DNA of 64,000 bases, taken from assembly GCF_055900595.2 (NCBI RefSeq), contig NZ_CM148325.1, one strand, 5' to 3'. Shown here in pieces: positions 11,370 to 23,813 of the stretch. Every line of letters starts with the position of its first letter. The first letter of the stretch is position 1. The notes below the pieces were generated by a model. It saw nothing but the letters and a program-made list of their open reading frames with translations, made no database searches and was not told the origin of the DNA. The position numbers and the translations under genes are program-made.

Positions 11370-12044
11370 TCACCTGTATAACCAGTACGCGGTGCTTTCT
11401 ACATTCGCACCACTTTGTATGTATCGTTTAAGCGCGGCGGTGTTGCCCATCTGGGTCGCCACCCGCAAAGTTGTTTTACCGCGAGCATACGCCCAGTTTA
11501 GCGCTGTTTGCATCAGCTCAGCACCTGCACCGCGTCCAGCCAGCAGGCCAATTCGCGCATCTGTCGCATTGAGTTCCCGTAAAGAGACATAGCCGCGAAT
11601 ATCGCCGGACGCCGAACGTAAAATGAGGCATTGATGATCAAAGGTGCCGCGCACGGCATTTTCAACCCACTGCGCATAAAAGCGACCGCTGGCGTCAGGC
11701 GCATACCACGGCGCACGAAAACGGCTTTGCGCAAATGCGGCACTGGCTAACTGACGTAATACGGGAATATCTGTCTCTTGTGCCACTTCTGCGCCGCTAT
11801 CACTGACATTGTTCACGGGTAGCGCCAAATCAACTTCACCTTCAACCAGGCAGAATCCCAGCTGTTGCAAGGCATCCAGCTCAACAGTATTTGATGCAGC
11901 AATTTTGGCCTGCACTCGTGACCACGGCGCTAAAGCGTCTGGCGTCAGGAGTGGCGCATCAGGAGTGAGATGCACGATAGCGCTGTTAACGCCAAAGAAG
12001 GCATTTTCCCAGGTTAGTGGTTCAATACTGGCGCGGACGGGCAC
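11370..12044 (-). CDS. wecD: dTDP-fucosamine acetyltransferase (GNAT)
   Basis: 224-aa ORF with GNAT-like C-terminal half; 23-nt overlap with rffH. Confidence 0.85.
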   Translation of the reverse strand: MPVRASIEPLTWENAFFGVNSAIVHLTPDAPLLTPDALAPWSRVQAKIAASNTVELDALQQLGFCLVEGEVDLALPVNNVSDSGAEVAQETDIPVLRQLASAAFAQSRFRAPWYAPDASGRFYAQWVENAVRGTFDHQCLILRSASGDIRGYVSLRELNATDARIGLLAGRGAGAELMQTALNWAYARGKTTLRVATQMGNTAALKRYIQSGANVESTAYWLYR

Positions 12045-12903
12045 GGAGTAACTCCAGCAGATATTGGCCGTAGCCAGTTTTCGCTAATGAACTGGCAGCA
12101 CGCTTCACACCTTCGTCATCGAGCCAGCCGTTACGCCAGGCAATCTCTTCCAGGCAGGCAATCTTAAAGCCCTGGCGTTTTTCCACCGTCTGTACAAAGG
12201 TACTGGCTTCAATCAGGCTGTCGTGTGTGCCGGTGTCCAGCCAGGCAAATCCGCGCCCGAGCAGTTCAACGGTCAGGTTGCCTGCCTCGAGGTACATCTG
12301 GTTGATGGAGGTAATCTCCAGTTCACCACGCTCCGACGGCTTCACCTGCTTTGCGTACTCCACAACTTTACTGTCGTAGAAATAAAGCCCGGTCACCGCC
12401 CAGTTTGATTTTGGCTGTTTTGGCTTTTCTTCCAGAGAGATAGCGCGGAAATTGTCGTCAAACTCCACGACGCCAAAGCGTTCTGGATCCATTACCTGAT
12501 AGCCAAATACCGTCGCCCCTTGCGTGCGCGCCGCAACATGACGCAGCTTCGGACTGAAGCCCTGGCCGAAGAAGATGTTATCGCCCAGCACCAGACAAGA
12601 TGGTTCACCATTAAGGAAGGTTTCACCGATGATAAATGCCTGCGCAAGACCGTCCGGGCTGGGCTGTTCGGCATATTCCAGCTGGATACCGAACTCACTA
12701 CCATCGCCCAGCAGGCGCTGGAAATAACCTTTATCTTCCGGCGTGGTGATGATGAGAATTTCGCGGATACCGGCCAGCATCAGCACCGACAGCGGATAGT
12801 AAATCATTGGCTTATCGTAAATCGGCAACAATTGCTTCGATACGCCGCGCGTAATCGGATGCAATCGGGTGCCGGAACCGCCCGCCAGGATAATACCTTT
12901 CAT
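12022..12903 (-). CDS. rffH: glucose-1-phosphate thymidylyltransferase
   Basis: 293-aa ORF, N-terminal [11 protein letters not shown] nucleotidyltransferase motif. Confidence 0.95.
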   Translation of the reverse strand: MKGIILAGGSGTRLHPITRGVSKQLLPIYDKPMIYYPLSVLMLAGIREILIITTPEDKGYFQRLLGDGSEFGIQLEYAEQPSPDGLAQAFIIGETFLNGEPSCLVLGDNIFFGQGFSPKLRHVAARTQGATVFGYQVMDPERFGVVEFDDNFRAISLEEKPKQPKSNWAVTGLYFYDSKVVEYAKQVKPSERGELEITSINQMYLEAGNLTVELLGRGFAWLDTGTHDSLIEASTFVQTVEKRQGFKIACLEEIAWRNGWLDDEGVKRAASSLAKTGYGQYLLELLRARPRQY

Positions 12904-12921
12904 GTTTGCCTCCGCTGAGAA

Positions 12922-13989
12922 TTAGCCGTTCAGACCTAAACGCTCACCCTGATAGCTGCCGTCCTGCACCTGCTTCCACCAGCTTTCATTAGCCAGATAC
13001 CACTGCACTGTTTTACGCATTCCACTTTCAAAGGTTTCCTGCGGCAGCCAGCCAAGTTCACGGGCAATTTTCGAAGCATCAATGGCATAGCGTAGGTCAT
13101 GCCCTGGACGGTCAGCGACAAAGGTAATCAGATCGCGATAGTGCGCCACACCGTGCGATTTATTCGGGGCCAGTTCTTCCAGCAGCTCGCAGATGGTTTC
13201 CACAACCTCGAGATTCTTACGCTCGTTGTGACCACCAATATTATAGGTTTCACCGACTTTCCCGGTGGTCACCACGCAATACAGCGCGCGGGCATGATCT
13301 TCAACATATAACCAGTCACGGATTTGCTGCCCATTGCCATATACCGGCAGCGGTTTACCCGCCAGCGCGTTGAGGATCATCAGCGGGATCAGTTTTTCCG
13401 GAAAGTGGTAAGGACCGTAGTTATTAGAGCAGTTGGTGATTAACGTCGGCAGGCCGTAGGTCCGCAGCCAGGCGCGCACCAGATGGTCGCTGCTTGCTTT
13501 TGAAGCAGAATAAGGGCTGCTCGGCGAATACGGCGTGGTTTCGGTAAAGAAATCATCTGTGGAATGCAGGTCACCGTATACTTCGTCGGTGGAGATATGA
13601 TGAAAACGGAACGCCGATTTTTTGTCTTCTGCCAGCGCATTCCAGTAAGCCCGCGCCGCTTCAAGCAGTGTATAAGTCCCGACAATGTTGGTTTCGATAA
13701 ACGCTGCCGGGCCGTCAATAGAACGGTCAACATGGCTTTCAGCTGCCAGATGCATAACGCAGTCTGGCTGATGTTCTGTGAAAATGCGCGCCAACTCTGC
13801 CCGATCGCAGATATCAACTTTCTCAAAGGCAAAGCGATCGCTTTGCGCGACTGGTGCCAACGACATCAGGTTTCCGGCGTAGGTCAGCTTATCGACCACC
13901 ACCACCGCATCGTTCGTCTCGTTGATGATATAACGCACCAGCGCCGAGCCAATAAACCCGGCACCGCCTGTTATCAGAATCTTTCTCAT
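12922..13989 (-). CDS. rffG: dTDP-glucose 4,6-dehydratase
   Basis: 355-aa ORF, Rossmann GGAGFIGS motif and SDR catalytic YxxxK; synteny. Confidence 0.95.
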   Translation of the reverse strand: MRKILITGGAGFIGSALVRYIINETNDAVVVVDKLTYAGNLMSLAPVAQSDRFAFEKVDICDRAELARIFTEHQPDCVMHLAAESHVDRSIDGPAAFIETNIVGTYTLLEAARAYWNALAEDKKSAFRFHHISTDEVYGDLHSTDDFFTETTPYSPSSPYSASKASSDHLVRAWLRTYGLPTLITNCSNNYGPYHFPEKLIPLMILNALAGKPLPVYGNGQQIRDWLYVEDHARALYCVVTTGKVGETYNIGGHNERKNLEVVETICELLEELAPNKSHGVAHYRDLITFVADRPGHDLRYAIDASKIARELGWLPQETFESGMRKTVQWYLANESWWKQVQDGSYQGERLGLNG

Positions 13990-15251
13990 TAGCGCCAGAC
14001 TCCTTTGGCATCGACGACATACTGCTGATGGACGTTGTCGCCATTGATAACTTTGAACTGACTATGATCGACCAACATCACCAGCACATCTGCCGTTGCC
14101 AGCGCCTCGTCAAGCTGCGCCAGAGTACAAAGCCCATTCAGTTTGTTCGGCAACTGGTGAATGTTAGGCTCAACAACCAGCGTTTCGCCGCTGTGCCACT
14201 GAGCGATCAATTCAGCGATTTCCATCGCCGGACTTTCGCGCAGGTCATCAATATTCGGTTTAAACGCCAGACCAAAGCAGGCAATTTTCAGCTCACTGGC
14301 GCGTTTATCGGTAGCGGCCAGGCAGTCGGCAACCGCCGCTTTGACCTGATCAATCACCCAGAACGGTTTGTGATCGTTCACTTCGCGCGCGGTACGGATA
14401 AGCCGCGCCTGCTGCGGATTCTGTGCCACGATAAACCACGGATCAACAGCGATGCAGTGGCCGCCCACACCTGGGCCAGGCTGAAGAATATTGACGCGTG
14501 GGTGGCGATTCGCCAGGCGAATCAGTTCCCAGACGTTAATCCCCTGATCGGCACAAATCAGCGACAATTCATTAGCAAAAGCGATATTCACATCGCGGAA
14601 GCTGTTCTCGGTGAGTTTACACATTTCCGCCGTCCGTGAGTTAGTGACGACACACTCACCTTCGAGGAAAATTTTGTACAGTTCGCTGGCACGGGCCGAA
14701 CAAACCGGCGTCATACCACCAATCACGCGATCGTTTTTAATCAGCTCGACCATAACCTGGCCCGGTAACACTCGTTCCGGGCAGTAAGCAATGTTGACGT
14801 CCGCCTGCTCGCCCACCTGCTGTGGGAAAGTCAGGTCCGGACGCATCTCTGCTAACCATTCTGCCATCTTCTCGGTTGAACCCACCGGCGAGGTGGACTC
14901 AAGGATCACCAGCGCGCCTTTTTTCAGCACTGGCGCAATGGAGCGAGCAGCCGATTCAACGTAAGCCATATCAGGCTCATGATCGCCTTTAAACGGCGTG
15001 GGTACAGCAATCAGCCAGGCATCCGCTTCAACCGGCGTCGTGCTCGCTCGTAAAAAACCGCCTTCTACGGCAGTTTTTACTACGCTCGCCAAATCAGGCT
15101 CGACGATATGGATTTCGCCACGATTGATGGTATCAACCGCGTGTTGGTTGATATCAACACCAATCACCTGTTTTTGCCGGGAGGCAAACGCTGCCGCCGT
15201 TGGCAGTCCAATGTAACCCAGTCCAATGACAGAAATGGTCGCAAAACTCAT
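13989..15251 (-). CDS. wecC: UDP-N-acetyl-D-mannosamine dehydrogenase
   Basis: 420-aa ORF, N-terminal NAD-binding GLGYIGLP motif, UDP-sugar dehydrogenase family. Confidence 0.95.
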   Translation of the reverse strand: MSFATISVIGLGYIGLPTAAAFASRQKQVIGVDINQHAVDTINRGEIHIVEPDLASVVKTAVEGGFLRASTTPVEADAWLIAVPTPFKGDHEPDMAYVESAARSIAPVLKKGALVILESTSPVGSTEKMAEWLAEMRPDLTFPQQVGEQADVNIAYCPERVLPGQVMVELIKNDRVIGGMTPVCSARASELYKIFLEGECVVTNSRTAEMCKLTENSFRDVNIAFANELSLICADQGINVWELIRLANRHPRVNILQPGPGVGGHCIAVDPWFIVAQNPQQARLIRTAREVNDHKPFWVIDQVKAAVADCLAATDKRASELKIACFGLAFKPNIDDLRESPAMEIAELIAQWHSGETLVVEPNIHQLPNKLNGLCTLAQLDEALATADVLVMLVDHSQFKVINGDNVHQQYVVDAKGVWR

Positions 15252-16378
15252 AGTGATATCCGATTATTTTTTAACGCTTCCAGAATGCGAGAGCATGCCT
15301 GACCATCACCATACGGGTTATGGGCGCGGCTCATGGTTTGATATTCGTTTTCGTCTTTTAAAAGACGCGTCACTTCCTCGACGATTCGCTGCTTATCCGT
15401 GCCGACCAGACGTACCGTACCCGCCTTCACTGCTTCCGGACGTTCAGTGGTTTCACGCATCACCAGCACTGGTTTCCCCAGCGAAGGCGCTTCCTCCTGA
15501 ATGCCACCTGAATCGGTCAAAATCAGCCAGGCGTGGTTCATCAGCCAGACAAACGGTAAATACTCCTGGGGATCGATCAGAATGACATTTTTCACGTGCC
15601 CCAGAATGCGATTGACCGGCTCTCTGACGTTCGGGTTGAGATGCACCGGATAGACAATCTGAATGTCCTGGTGAGTGGTGGCGATGTCTGCCAGCGCATG
15701 GCAGATTTCTTCAAAGCCACGACCAAAACTCTCACGTCTGTGACCGGTCACCAGAATCATTTTTTTATCAGGGTCGATAAACGGATAATTTGCCGCCAGT
15801 TCTGAACGCAGCGTATCGCTGCTCATCACCTGGTCACGCACCCATAACAGTGCATCAATAACGGTATTACCGGTAATGAAGATTCGGCTGTCAGCAACGT
15901 TTTCACGCAGCAAGTTTTGCCGGGAAGTTTCGGTTGGAGAGAAGTGATACATCGCCAGATGCCCGGTCAATGTACGGTTAGCCTCTTCCGGCCACGGCGA
16001 ATAGAGATCGCCCGTGCGCAGACCAGCCTCAACGTGACCAACAGGAATACGCTGATAAAACGCCGCCAGGCTGGTTGCCAGCGTCGTCGTCGTATCGCCG
16101 TGAACCAGCACGACGTCTGGTTTGAACTCGGCAAGAATAGGTTTTAGCCCTTCCAGAATCCGACAGGTTATCTCTGTCAGACCCTGTCCTGGCTGCATTA
16201 TGTTGAGATCGTAGTCAGGTACAATGGAAAAGAGTTTCAGCACCTGATCGAGCATCTCCCGATGCTGCGCAGTGACGCAAACTTTAGCCTCAAAAAAAGG
16301 ATCTTTTGCCAACGCATGCACCAACGGCGCCATCTTGATGGCTTCCGGGCGCGTACCAAATACAGTCAGTACTTTCAC
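15248..16378 (-). CDS. wecB: UDP-N-acetylglucosamine 2-epimerase
   Basis: Epimerase-family ORF; the track ORF (390 aa) is N-extended, start placed at GTG giving [20 protein letters not shown] (376 aa) as in K-12. Confidence 0.9.
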   Translation of the reverse strand: MKVLTVFGTRPEAIKMAPLVHALAKDPFFEAKVCVTAQHREMLDQVLKLFSIVPDYDLNIMQPGQGLTEITCRILEGLKPILAEFKPDVVLVHGDTTTTLATSLAAFYQRIPVGHVEAGLRTGDLYSPWPEEANRTLTGHLAMYHFSPTETSRQNLLRENVADSRIFITGNTVIDALLWVRDQVMSSDTLRSELAANYPFIDPDKKMILVTGHRRESFGRGFEEICHALADIATTHQDIQIVYPVHLNPNVREPVNRILGHVKNVILIDPQEYLPFVWLMNHAWLILTDSGGIQEEAPSLGKPVLVMRETTERPEAVKAGTVRLVGTDKQRIVEEVTRLLKDENEYQTMSRAHNPYGDGQACSRILEALKNNRISL

Positions 16379-16433
16379 ATCGATTCTCTTCGAATAAGCG
16401 GCGAGCGCCTTTGCGCTCACCGCAGCAGTGTTG

Positions 16434-17480
16434 CTATTTCGAGCAACGGCGGGTTAATGCGACACCAGCCCCGATCAGCCCCCCGACAATGCCCCACATA
16501 ATCATCAGGAAGGCACGACGTGGGCTATCGCGTTTTACCGGTTCTTCCGGCGTACGCAAATAGCGATAGGTCTGAAAACGCGGATCCAGGGTTGGACCAA
16601 CATTCAGGGTGTTTAACATGGCCCGATTCTGATCATAGTCGAGATCAAAGGCCGGACCGACGGCCTGTAAATTTTCCAGTCGCGCCTGGAGCATTGGACG
16701 CCCAAGCAGGAACATTTCTGAATCAGGTAGTTCCTCGGCAGGTACATCTGTCGCACTGCGCGAAATATTATGCTGCTCAGCAATTTTCAGCGCCTGTTCA
16801 ATGCTGTTCATCCGGCGGTCGTAGATGGCTTTCGCCACTTCTTCCTGACGCTTCACCTGAGCTTTCATCTGGATGGTACGCGCCGCCCATGCGCCTTTCA
16901 GCTCATCATTCAGATGGCTGGCTGCTCGTTGGCTGGCAAACGCAACATACTGACGTAACAGGTTATTAGCGTCAGGCGCGGTTTCGGCAATCAGCTTAAC
17001 GCTATCATTGACCGCACGCGTGAAGTCACCGGGAATAAACACGATGTTGTTAATCATTTCATCCAGCAACGCCGCATCGGCTTTGCTGTTCCCGACCATC
17101 CGCTGTTTGTAATAGTCTGTCTGCAACCAGAAATCGCGGCGGGTATCCCACGAGGCCAGTTGCATAACAAACTCTTTATAGGCTTCATCCATGACCGATG
17201 GTTGGTCGGCAGAAGCCATGTTCGAACGGACGTCCAGGTTACGCAAAAATTGCTGCTGCGAGTAGTATCCTCCCAGCATATTCACTGTTGGACGATCGGT
17301 AATCGCCGTCGAGCTCCACTCCTGACGAGCAAAAAAAGTATACGCCAGCGCGATTAACGCAAACGCCAGCCCCATGCCAATAATCCACAGCTTCCCAGCC
17401 CACAAGGTACGAAACAACCCACGAATATCCAGTTCATTTTCAGCGTCTTCGGCCGGTTTCCCAGGCATTGGTTGTGTCAT
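16434..17480 (-). CDS. wzzE: ECA polysaccharide chain-length regulator (Wzz family)
   Basis: 348-aa ORF with N- and C-terminal TM segments flanking a coiled periplasmic domain. Confidence 0.9.
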   Translation of the reverse strand: MTQPMPGKPAEDAENELDIRGLFRTLWAGKLWIIGMGLAFALIALAYTFFARQEWSSTAITDRPTVNMLGGYYSQQQFLRNLDVRSNMASADQPSVMDEAYKEFVMQLASWDTRRDFWLQTDYYKQRMVGNSKADAALLDEMINNIVFIPGDFTRAVNDSVKLIAETAPDANNLLRQYVAFASQRAASHLNDELKGAWAARTIQMKAQVKRQEEVAKAIYDRRMNSIEQALKIAEQHNISRSATDVPAEELPDSEMFLLGRPMLQARLENLQAVGPAFDLDYDQNRAMLNTLNVGPTLDPRFQTYRYLRTPEEPVKRDSPRRAFLMIMWGIVGGLIGAGVALTRRCSK

Positions 17481-17491
17481 CACATCCTCAT

Positions 17492-18595
17492 TTATTTGGT
17501 TAAATTGGGGCTGCCACCACGATTTCTACGCAGTCTGCGTTTTACGCGCTTAATAAAGCGAGCAACTTTCCAGGCACGCTTAATGCAATATCCATAGAGG
17601 AAGAATGCTAGCAAAAAGAGCACCAGCATGACCCATTCCGGGACAAAATGAGAGTATTCTGCCAGCACGCCAATTGAGGCGAGCAGTGCTGCGGCAAGGG
17701 TAATCAGCACAAACGCCTGGCGGGAAGTAAACCCGGCACGCATGATCAAATGGTGAATATGCTGACGGTCAGGAGAGAATGGGCTCATGCCTTTACGCAG
17801 GCGACGGTACATAATTGCCACCATATCCATTAGCGGAATGGCGATAATCCATAATGCAGTAACCGGGCTTATTGGGTGCGTTTTTCCCTGAGTCGTTTCG
17901 AGCAGGATCCAGATAACGGTAAAACCAATCAGCGTACTGCCCGCATCACCCATAAAGACTTTGTAGCGGCGACCCAGGATACCAAGGTTGAGCATGATAT
18001 AGGGCAGGATGGCGGCGATCATCGCAAAGCACCAGATAGCGAGGCTGGTTTGCCCGTCGAACCACAAAATCATACCGATTGCTGCAAACGAGACGCAGGA
18101 CAACCCGCCCAGCAAGCCATCAATGCCATCAACCATGTTGAAAGCATTAATTGCCGCCCAGACGGCAAATAGCGTCAGGAAGTAGCCAAACGGTCCGAGC
18201 ACCATCTCCCAGGAGCCAAAGATATAACCCAGGCTACTGAGATAAAGTTTGCCGAACACCATCATAACAATGCCAACAGCGGCCTGTATGGTGGCACGGA
18301 TTTTTACGCTGATATCAAAACGGTCATCCAGCGCACCGATGAACACAAGCACACCGGCACAAGCGAGATAGAGAGATGCATGCGGAATATAATAATCGAC
18401 AATTCCGAACGTGAAGCAAATCCCTGCGTAAACCGAAATACCCCCAACGAGAGGTATCAATCCCTGGTGACGTTTGCGGAAGTTAGGTTTATCCACTAAA
18501 CCGACTTTTTTTGCTACCTTTCGGGCAAAAAACAGAAACAGTGTCGTGAATAAAAAAATACTGATGAGATCAGTACTCACTGTCAGTAAATTCAC
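17492..18595 (-). CDS. wecA: UDP-GlcNAc:undecaprenyl-phosphate GlcNAc-1-phosphate transferase
   Basis: 367-aa polytopic membrane ORF of the MraY/WecA family; first gene of the wec cluster. Confidence 0.95.
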   Translation of the reverse strand: MNLLTVSTDLISIFLFTTLFLFFARKVAKKVGLVDKPNFRKRHQGLIPLVGGISVYAGICFTFGIVDYYIPHASLYLACAGVLVFIGALDDRFDISVKIRATIQAAVGIVMMVFGKLYLSSLGYIFGSWEMVLGPFGYFLTLFAVWAAINAFNMVDGIDGLLGGLSCVSFAAIGMILWFDGQTSLAIWCFAMIAAILPYIMLNLGILGRRYKVFMGDAGSTLIGFTVIWILLETTQGKTHPISPVTALWIIAIPLMDMVAIMYRRLRKGMSPFSPDRQHIHHLIMRAGFTSRQAFVLITLAAALLASIGVLAEYSHFVPEWVMLVLFLLAFFLYGYCIKRAWKVARFIKRVKRRLRRNRGGSPNLTK

Positions 18596-18789
18596 AATGC
18601 ATGCTCTCAGAGAAAATTATTAGCAGAAGTATAACCACGAAGACCTTTATTCAGAAGGGAAAGTCCGTTCCGAACCCACCAGTCCTGTGCAAAAATTAAT
18701 CATTCGATATGCAAATTGCATAACACACGAGCAAAACCCAGGAATTTTCCTAACATTGCCAGTGCGGCAATAAGATTACAGATATAAAA

Positions 18790-18820
18790 GCAAAACGCCA
18801 CGTAAACACGTGGCGTTTTT
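18790..18820. terminator. bidirectional rho-independent terminator between rho and the wec promoter region
   Basis: Perfect hairpin acgccacgt-aaac-acgtggcgt flanked by A-run and T-run (caaaacgccacgtaaacacgtggcgttttt). Confidence 0.7.
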
Positions 18821-18834
18821 GGCATAAGACAAAT

Positions 18835-20094
18835 TTATGAGCGCTTCATCATTTCGAAGAAATCGTCATTGGTCTTGGTCATCGCCAGTTTATTAATGAG
18901 GAACTCCATGGCATCGATTTCGCCCATCGGGTGAATGATTTTGCGCAGGATCCACATTTTCTGCAGCTCTTCCTGAGTAGTGAGCAGCTCTTCTTTACGG
19001 GTACCGGAACGGTTGTAGTCGATTGCCGGGAAGACGCGTTTTTCAGCGATCTTACGAGAGAGGTGCAGTTCCATGTTGCCTGTACCTTTAAACTCTTCGT
19101 AGATAACTTCGTCCATCTTGGAACCGGTATCGATAAGCGCGGTAGCGATGATGGTCAGGCTGCCGCCCTCTTCCACATTACGCGCCGCACCGAAGAAGCG
19201 TTTCGGGCGATGCAGGGCGTTGGCATCCACACCACCGGTCAGCACTTTACCTGACGCCGGAACAACGGTGTTGTAAGCACGCGCCAAACGAGTGATGGAG
19301 TCGAGCAGAATGATAACGTCTTTCTTGTGCTCAACCAGGCGTTTCGCCTTCTCGATCACCATTTCCGCAACCTGAACGTGGCGAGATGCGGGTTCGTCAA
19401 AGGTGGAAGCAACAACTTCACCTTTTACCAGACGCTGCATCTCGGTGACTTCTTCCGGACGTTCGTCAATCAGCAGAACCATCAGCACACAATCCGGGTG
19501 GTTGTAAGCAATGCTCTGAGCAATGTTCTGCAGCAGCATGGTTTTACCGGCTTTCGGCGGTGCCACAATCAGACCACGCTGACCACGACCGATAGGTGAT
19601 GCCAGATCCAGTACGCGAGCGGTTAAATCTTCAGTAGAACCGTTACCACGTTCCATGCGCAGACGAGAGTTTGCGTGCAGCGGGGTTAAGTTCTCAAAGA
19701 GGATTTTGTTGCGGGCGTTTTCAGGTTTGTCGAAGTTAACTTCGTTAACTTTCAGCAGCGCAAAATAGCGTTCACCTTCTTTCGGCGGGCGAATCTTACC
19801 AGAGATGGTATCACCAGTGCGGAGGTTGAAACGGCGGATTTGGCTAGGAGAAACGTAGATGTCATCAGGACCGGCGAGGTAGGAGCTGTCTGCGGAACGG
19901 AGGAAACCAAATCCATCCTGCAATATCTCCAGTACGCCATCACCAAAGATATCTTCGCCACTCTTTGCGTGCTGCTTCAGGATGGCAAAAATAATGTCCT
20001 GCTTACGCATACGAGCCAGGTTTTCCAGCCCCATATTTTCGCCGAGAGTGATCAGCTCAGAAACCGGCGTATTCTTTAATTCGGTAAGATTCAT
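18835..20094 (-). CDS. rho: transcription termination factor Rho
   Basis: Translation matches Rho ([33 protein letters not shown]..., Walker [11 protein letters not shown]); the track ORF (443 aa) is extended 24 codons upstream of the true start. Confidence 0.97.
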
Positions 20095-20178
20095 AGTGGT
20101 GTGAGTTCTTAAACTTGGGGTAAATCTCGAACTTAATGTTGTGAATGGTATGGCAGGATCATCCATGCCTGTTTACGG

Positions 20179-20280
20179 TCATCGACTCATGTCTTTTCGC
20201 TGCCTGGTCACAGGAGAGTACGCAGAACTGAAACGACAAGACGGATTGAGTGACGAGCCAGAAATCTGTTCACTTCGCAT
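20179..20280 (-). CDS. rhoL: rho operon leader peptide
   Basis: 33-codon ORF translating to MRSEQISGSSLNPSCRFSSAYSPVTRQRKDMSR upstream of rho. Confidence 0.7.
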   Translation of the reverse strand: MRSEQISGSSLNPSCRFSSAYSPVTRQRKDMSR

Positions 20281-20420
20281 TTAAGATAAAACGGGAAGCG
20301 TTGGAAATTACAAGATTCAAACTTAATAAGGTATGTTTAATACGAAGTCAACACTAAGTTAGCATGACTCACGCCGGGCGTCCAGTTTTTAGCGACAGGG
20401 CACCCGAACATGAAATTCCC

Positions 20421-20750
20421 TTACGCCAGGTTAGCGTCGAGGAACTCTTTCAACTGACCTTTAGACAGTGCGCCCACTTTGGTTGCCGCCACTTCACCGT
20501 TTTTGAACAGCAGCAGAGTCGGGATACCACGGATGCCATATTTCGGCGCAGTGCCAGGGTTTTGATCGATGTTCAGTTTTGCAACGGTCAGTTTGCCCTG
20601 ATATTCGTCAGCGATTTCATCCAGAATCGGGGCGATCATTTTGCACGGACCGCACCACTCTGCCCAGAAATCAACGAGGATCGCCCCGTCCGCTTTGAGT
20701 ACATCCGTGTCAAAACTGTCGTCAGTCAGGTGAATAATTTTATCGCTCAT
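20421..20750 (-). CDS. trxA: thioredoxin 1
   Basis: 109-aa product [53 protein letters not shown]... with WCGPC active site; the track ORF is N-extended. Confidence 0.97.
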
Positions 20751-20880
20751 ATATAACTCCACAGGAATAAGCCTGGCGTGTTGGTTTCGTTGTTGGTGTA
20801 ACATTAACCAACTAAAGGTTGACTTTATTTCACCGGATACGCTTTCGTAAAGCAATAGTAAGCTGATATTCTACCACACT

Positions 20881-22146
20881 ATGAGCAAAACACATTTAAC
20901 AGAACAGAAGTTTTCCGACTTCGCCCTGCATCCGAAGGTTGTAGAAGCCCTTGAAAAAAAAGGGTTTCATAACTGTACGCCCATTCAGGCACTGGCCCTT
21001 CCGCTGACGCTGGCGGGTCGTGACGTAGCCGGGCAGGCGCAAACCGGTACCGGGAAAACGATGGCGTTTCTTACGTCAACGTTTCATTATCTTCTCTCTC
21101 ATCCCGCGATTGCCGATCGCAAGGTGAATCAGCCGCGTGCCTTAATTATGGCACCGACGCGTGAACTTGCCGTGCAGATCCACGCCGATGCGGAGCCACT
21201 GGCGCAAGCTACCGGCCTGAAGCTGGGTCTGGCTTACGGTGGTGATGGCTACGACAAACAGCTGAAAGTGCTGGAAAGCGGCGTTGACATACTGATTGGC
21301 ACCACGGGTCGTTTAATTGACTACGCCAAGCAGAACCACATTAACCTCGGTGCCATTCAGGTGGTAGTACTGGACGAAGCCGATCGCATGTACGATCTGG
21401 GCTTTATTAAAGATATCCGCTGGCTGTTCCGCCGTATGCCGCCTGCAAACCAGCGCCTCAACATGCTGTTCTCCGCCACGCTTTCGTACCGGGTACGCGA
21501 ACTGGCATTCGAGCAGATGAACAATGCCGAATATATTGAAGTGGAACCGGAACAGAAAACGGGCCACCGTATAAAAGAAGAGCTTTTCTACCCTTCTAAC
21601 GAAGAAAAAATGCGTTTGCTGCAAACGCTGATTGAAGAAGAATGGCCAGACCGAGCGATTATTTTCGCCAACACCAAACATCGTTGTGAAGAGATCTGGG
21701 GCCACCTGGCAGCAGATGGTCATCGTGTCGGTTTGTTGACAGGCGATGTCGCGCAGAAAAAACGTCTGCGTATCCTTGATGAATTTACCCGTGGCGATCT
21801 GGATATTCTGGTTGCCACCGACGTTGCCGCGCGTGGTTTGCATATTCCGGCAGTGACGCACGTCTTTAACTACGATTTACCCGATGACTGTGAAGATTAC
21901 GTTCACCGTATTGGTCGTACAGGTCGCGCAGGAGCAAGCGGTCACTCTATCAGCCTGGCCTGTGAAGAGTATGCATTGAATTTGCCTGCTATTGAGACCT
22001 ATATTGGTCACTCAATTCCGGTAAGCAAATACAATCCGGACGCATTGATGACCGATCTGCCAAAACCGCTGCGCCTCACACGCCCGCGTACAGGTAATGG
22101 TCCGCGTCGTACTGGCGCTCCGCGTAATCGTCGTCGTTCAGGTTAA
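20881..22146 (+). CDS. rhlB: ATP-dependent RNA helicase RhlB (DEAD-box, degradosome)
   Basis: 421-aa ORF with Q-motif, Walker A (AQTGTGKT), DEAD box (VLDEADRM), SAT and HRIGRTGR motifs and Arg-rich C-terminus. Confidence 0.97.
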   Translation: MSKTHLTEQKFSDFALHPKVVEALEKKGFHNCTPIQALALPLTLAGRDVAGQAQTGTGKTMAFLTSTFHYLLSHPAIADRKVNQPRALIMAPTRELAVQIHADAEPLAQATGLKLGLAYGGDGYDKQLKVLESGVDILIGTTGRLIDYAKQNHINLGAIQVVVLDEADRMYDLGFIKDIRWLFRRMPPANQRLNMLFSATLSYRVRELAFEQMNNAEYIEVEPEQKTGHRIKEELFYPSNEEKMRLLQTLIEEEWPDRAIIFANTKHRCEEIWGHLAADGHRVGLLTGDVAQKKRLRILDEFTRGDLDILVATDVAARGLHIPAVTHVFNYDLPDDCEDYVHRIGRTGRAGASGHSISLACEEYALNLPAIETYIGHSIPVSKYNPDALMTDLPKPLRLTRPRTGNGPRRTGAPRNRRRSG

Positions 22147-22281
22147 ATAAAAAATGTCATACTCAAAATCATTCAAACTGTATCAAGATGGCAAGAGAGT
22201 TAATCCCAATGAACTTACTGTAGTAAGTGATTCGGATGAAAGAACGCAGCCAACGCAGAGACAGAATGAAGGATGAAGAGT

Positions 22282-23766
22282 ATGGGTTCCACTTCGTCAT
22301 TATATGCAGCCATTGATCTCGGTTCGAATAGTTTTCATATGCTGGTTGTGCGCGAGGTGGCTGGAAGCATCCAGACGCTGACGCGAATTAAACGCAAAGT
22401 GCGTCTGGCTGCTGGCCTGAACAGCGAAAATGCCCTGTCTAATGAAGCAATGGAGCGCGGTTGGCAATGTTTGCGCCTGTTTGCTGAACGTCTGCAAGAT
22501 ATCCCTCCCTCGCAAATTCGCGTTGTCGCCACGGCGACATTACGCCTTGCCGTCAATGCCGGTGATTTTATTGCCAAAGCGCAGGAAATCCTCGGTTGTC
22601 CGGTACAAGTGATCAGCGGTGAAGAAGAAGCTCGCCTGATTTATCAGGGGGTTGCTCACACCACTGGCGGTGCCGATCAGCGCCTGGTGGTGGATATCGG
22701 CGGCGCCAGTACTGAACTGGTAACCGGCACGGGCGCACAAACCACCTCGTTGTTCAGCCTGTCGATGGGCTGCGTCACCTGGCTGGAACGCTATTTTGCC
22801 GATCGTAATCTGGGGCAGGAAAATTTTGATGCCGCAGAAAAAGCGGCACGCGAAGTGTTACGTCCGGTTGCCGATGAATTGCGGTATCACGGCTGGAAAG
22901 TATGCGTTGGTGCTTCCGGCACTGTGCAGGCCTTACAAGAAATCATGATGGCACAGGGGATGGATGAACGGATTACCCTGGAAAAGTTGCAGCAACTGAA
23001 ACAGCGCGCCATTCATTGTGGTCGACTGGAGGAACTGGAGATCGACGGGCTGACGCTGGAACGTGCGTTAGTGTTCCCGAGTGGTCTGGCGATCCTGATA
23101 GCCATTTTTACCGAACTGAATATTCAGTGTATGACCCTGGCTGGCGGTGCACTGCGTGAAGGCCTGGTCTACGGCATGTTGCATCTGGCCGTCGAGCAGG
23201 ATATTCGCAGCCGTACGCTGCGTAATATTCAACGCCGCTTTATGATCGATATTGATCAGGCTCAGCGAGTAGCCAAAGTTGCGGCTAATTTCTTCGATCA
23301 GGTGGAAAACGAATGGCATCTTGAAGCAATAAGCCGTGATTTGCTCATCAGCGCCTGTCAGCTTCATGAAATCGGTCTGAGCGTTGATTTCAAACAAGCG
23401 CCGCAACATGCTGCTTATCTGGTGCGTAATCTGGATCTTCCCGGTTTTACGCCTGCACAGAAAAAATTACTGGCGACGCTACTACTCAACCAGACGAACC
23501 CAATAGATCTCTCCTCGTTGCATCAACAAAATGCCGTACCGCCACGCGTCGCAGAACAACTCTGCCGTTTACTACGCCTGGCCATCATTTTTGCCAGCCG
23601 TCGCCGTGACGATCTCGTGCCAGAGATGACATTAAAGGCCAACCATGAACTGTTGACCTTGACGCTTCCGCAAGGTTGGCTAACCCAACATCCGCTGGGT
23701 AAAGAGATTATTGATCAGGAAAGCCAGTGGCAAAGCTATGTTCACTGGCCGTTGGAAGTGCATTAA
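22282..23766 (+). CDS. gppA: guanosine pentaphosphate phosphohydrolase / exopolyphosphatase family
   Basis: Ppx/GppA-family ORF; start placed at [20 protein letters not shown] (494 aa). Confidence 0.95.
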   Translation: MGSTSSLYAAIDLGSNSFHMLVVREVAGSIQTLTRIKRKVRLAAGLNSENALSNEAMERGWQCLRLFAERLQDIPPSQIRVVATATLRLAVNAGDFIAKAQEILGCPVQVISGEEEARLIYQGVAHTTGGADQRLVVDIGGASTELVTGTGAQTTSLFSLSMGCVTWLERYFADRNLGQENFDAAEKAAREVLRPVADELRYHGWKVCVGASGTVQALQEIMMAQGMDERITLEKLQQLKQRAIHCGRLEELEIDGLTLERALVFPSGLAILIAIFTELNIQCMTLAGGALREGLVYGMLHLAVEQDIRSRTLRNIQRRFMIDIDQAQRVAKVAANFFDQVENEWHLEAISRDLLISACQLHEIGLSVDFKQAPQHAAYLVRNLDLPGFTPAQKKLLATLLLNQTNPIDLSSLHQQNAVPPRVAEQLCRLLRLAIIFASRRRDDLVPEMTLKANHELLTLTLPQGWLTQHPLGKEIIDQESQWQSYVHWPLEVH

Positions 23767-23813
23767 AGAGTAATATGCTGGGTGCGATGCTCGCGCATCT
23801 TACCCGGCCTTGA

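Noticed and set aside
18835-20166. N-terminally extended ORF-track models (rho 443 aa, rep 690 aa, ilvE 331 aa, wecB 390 aa, aslB 421 aa, rbsK 318 aa, gppA 497 aa, comM 516 aa, ravA 506 aa, trxA 144 aa, yifN 163 aa)
   Set aside because: The longest-ORF rule overcalls starts; internal starts matching known N-termini and/or with better SD spacing were used instead. For rho the extension would overlap the rhoL leader.
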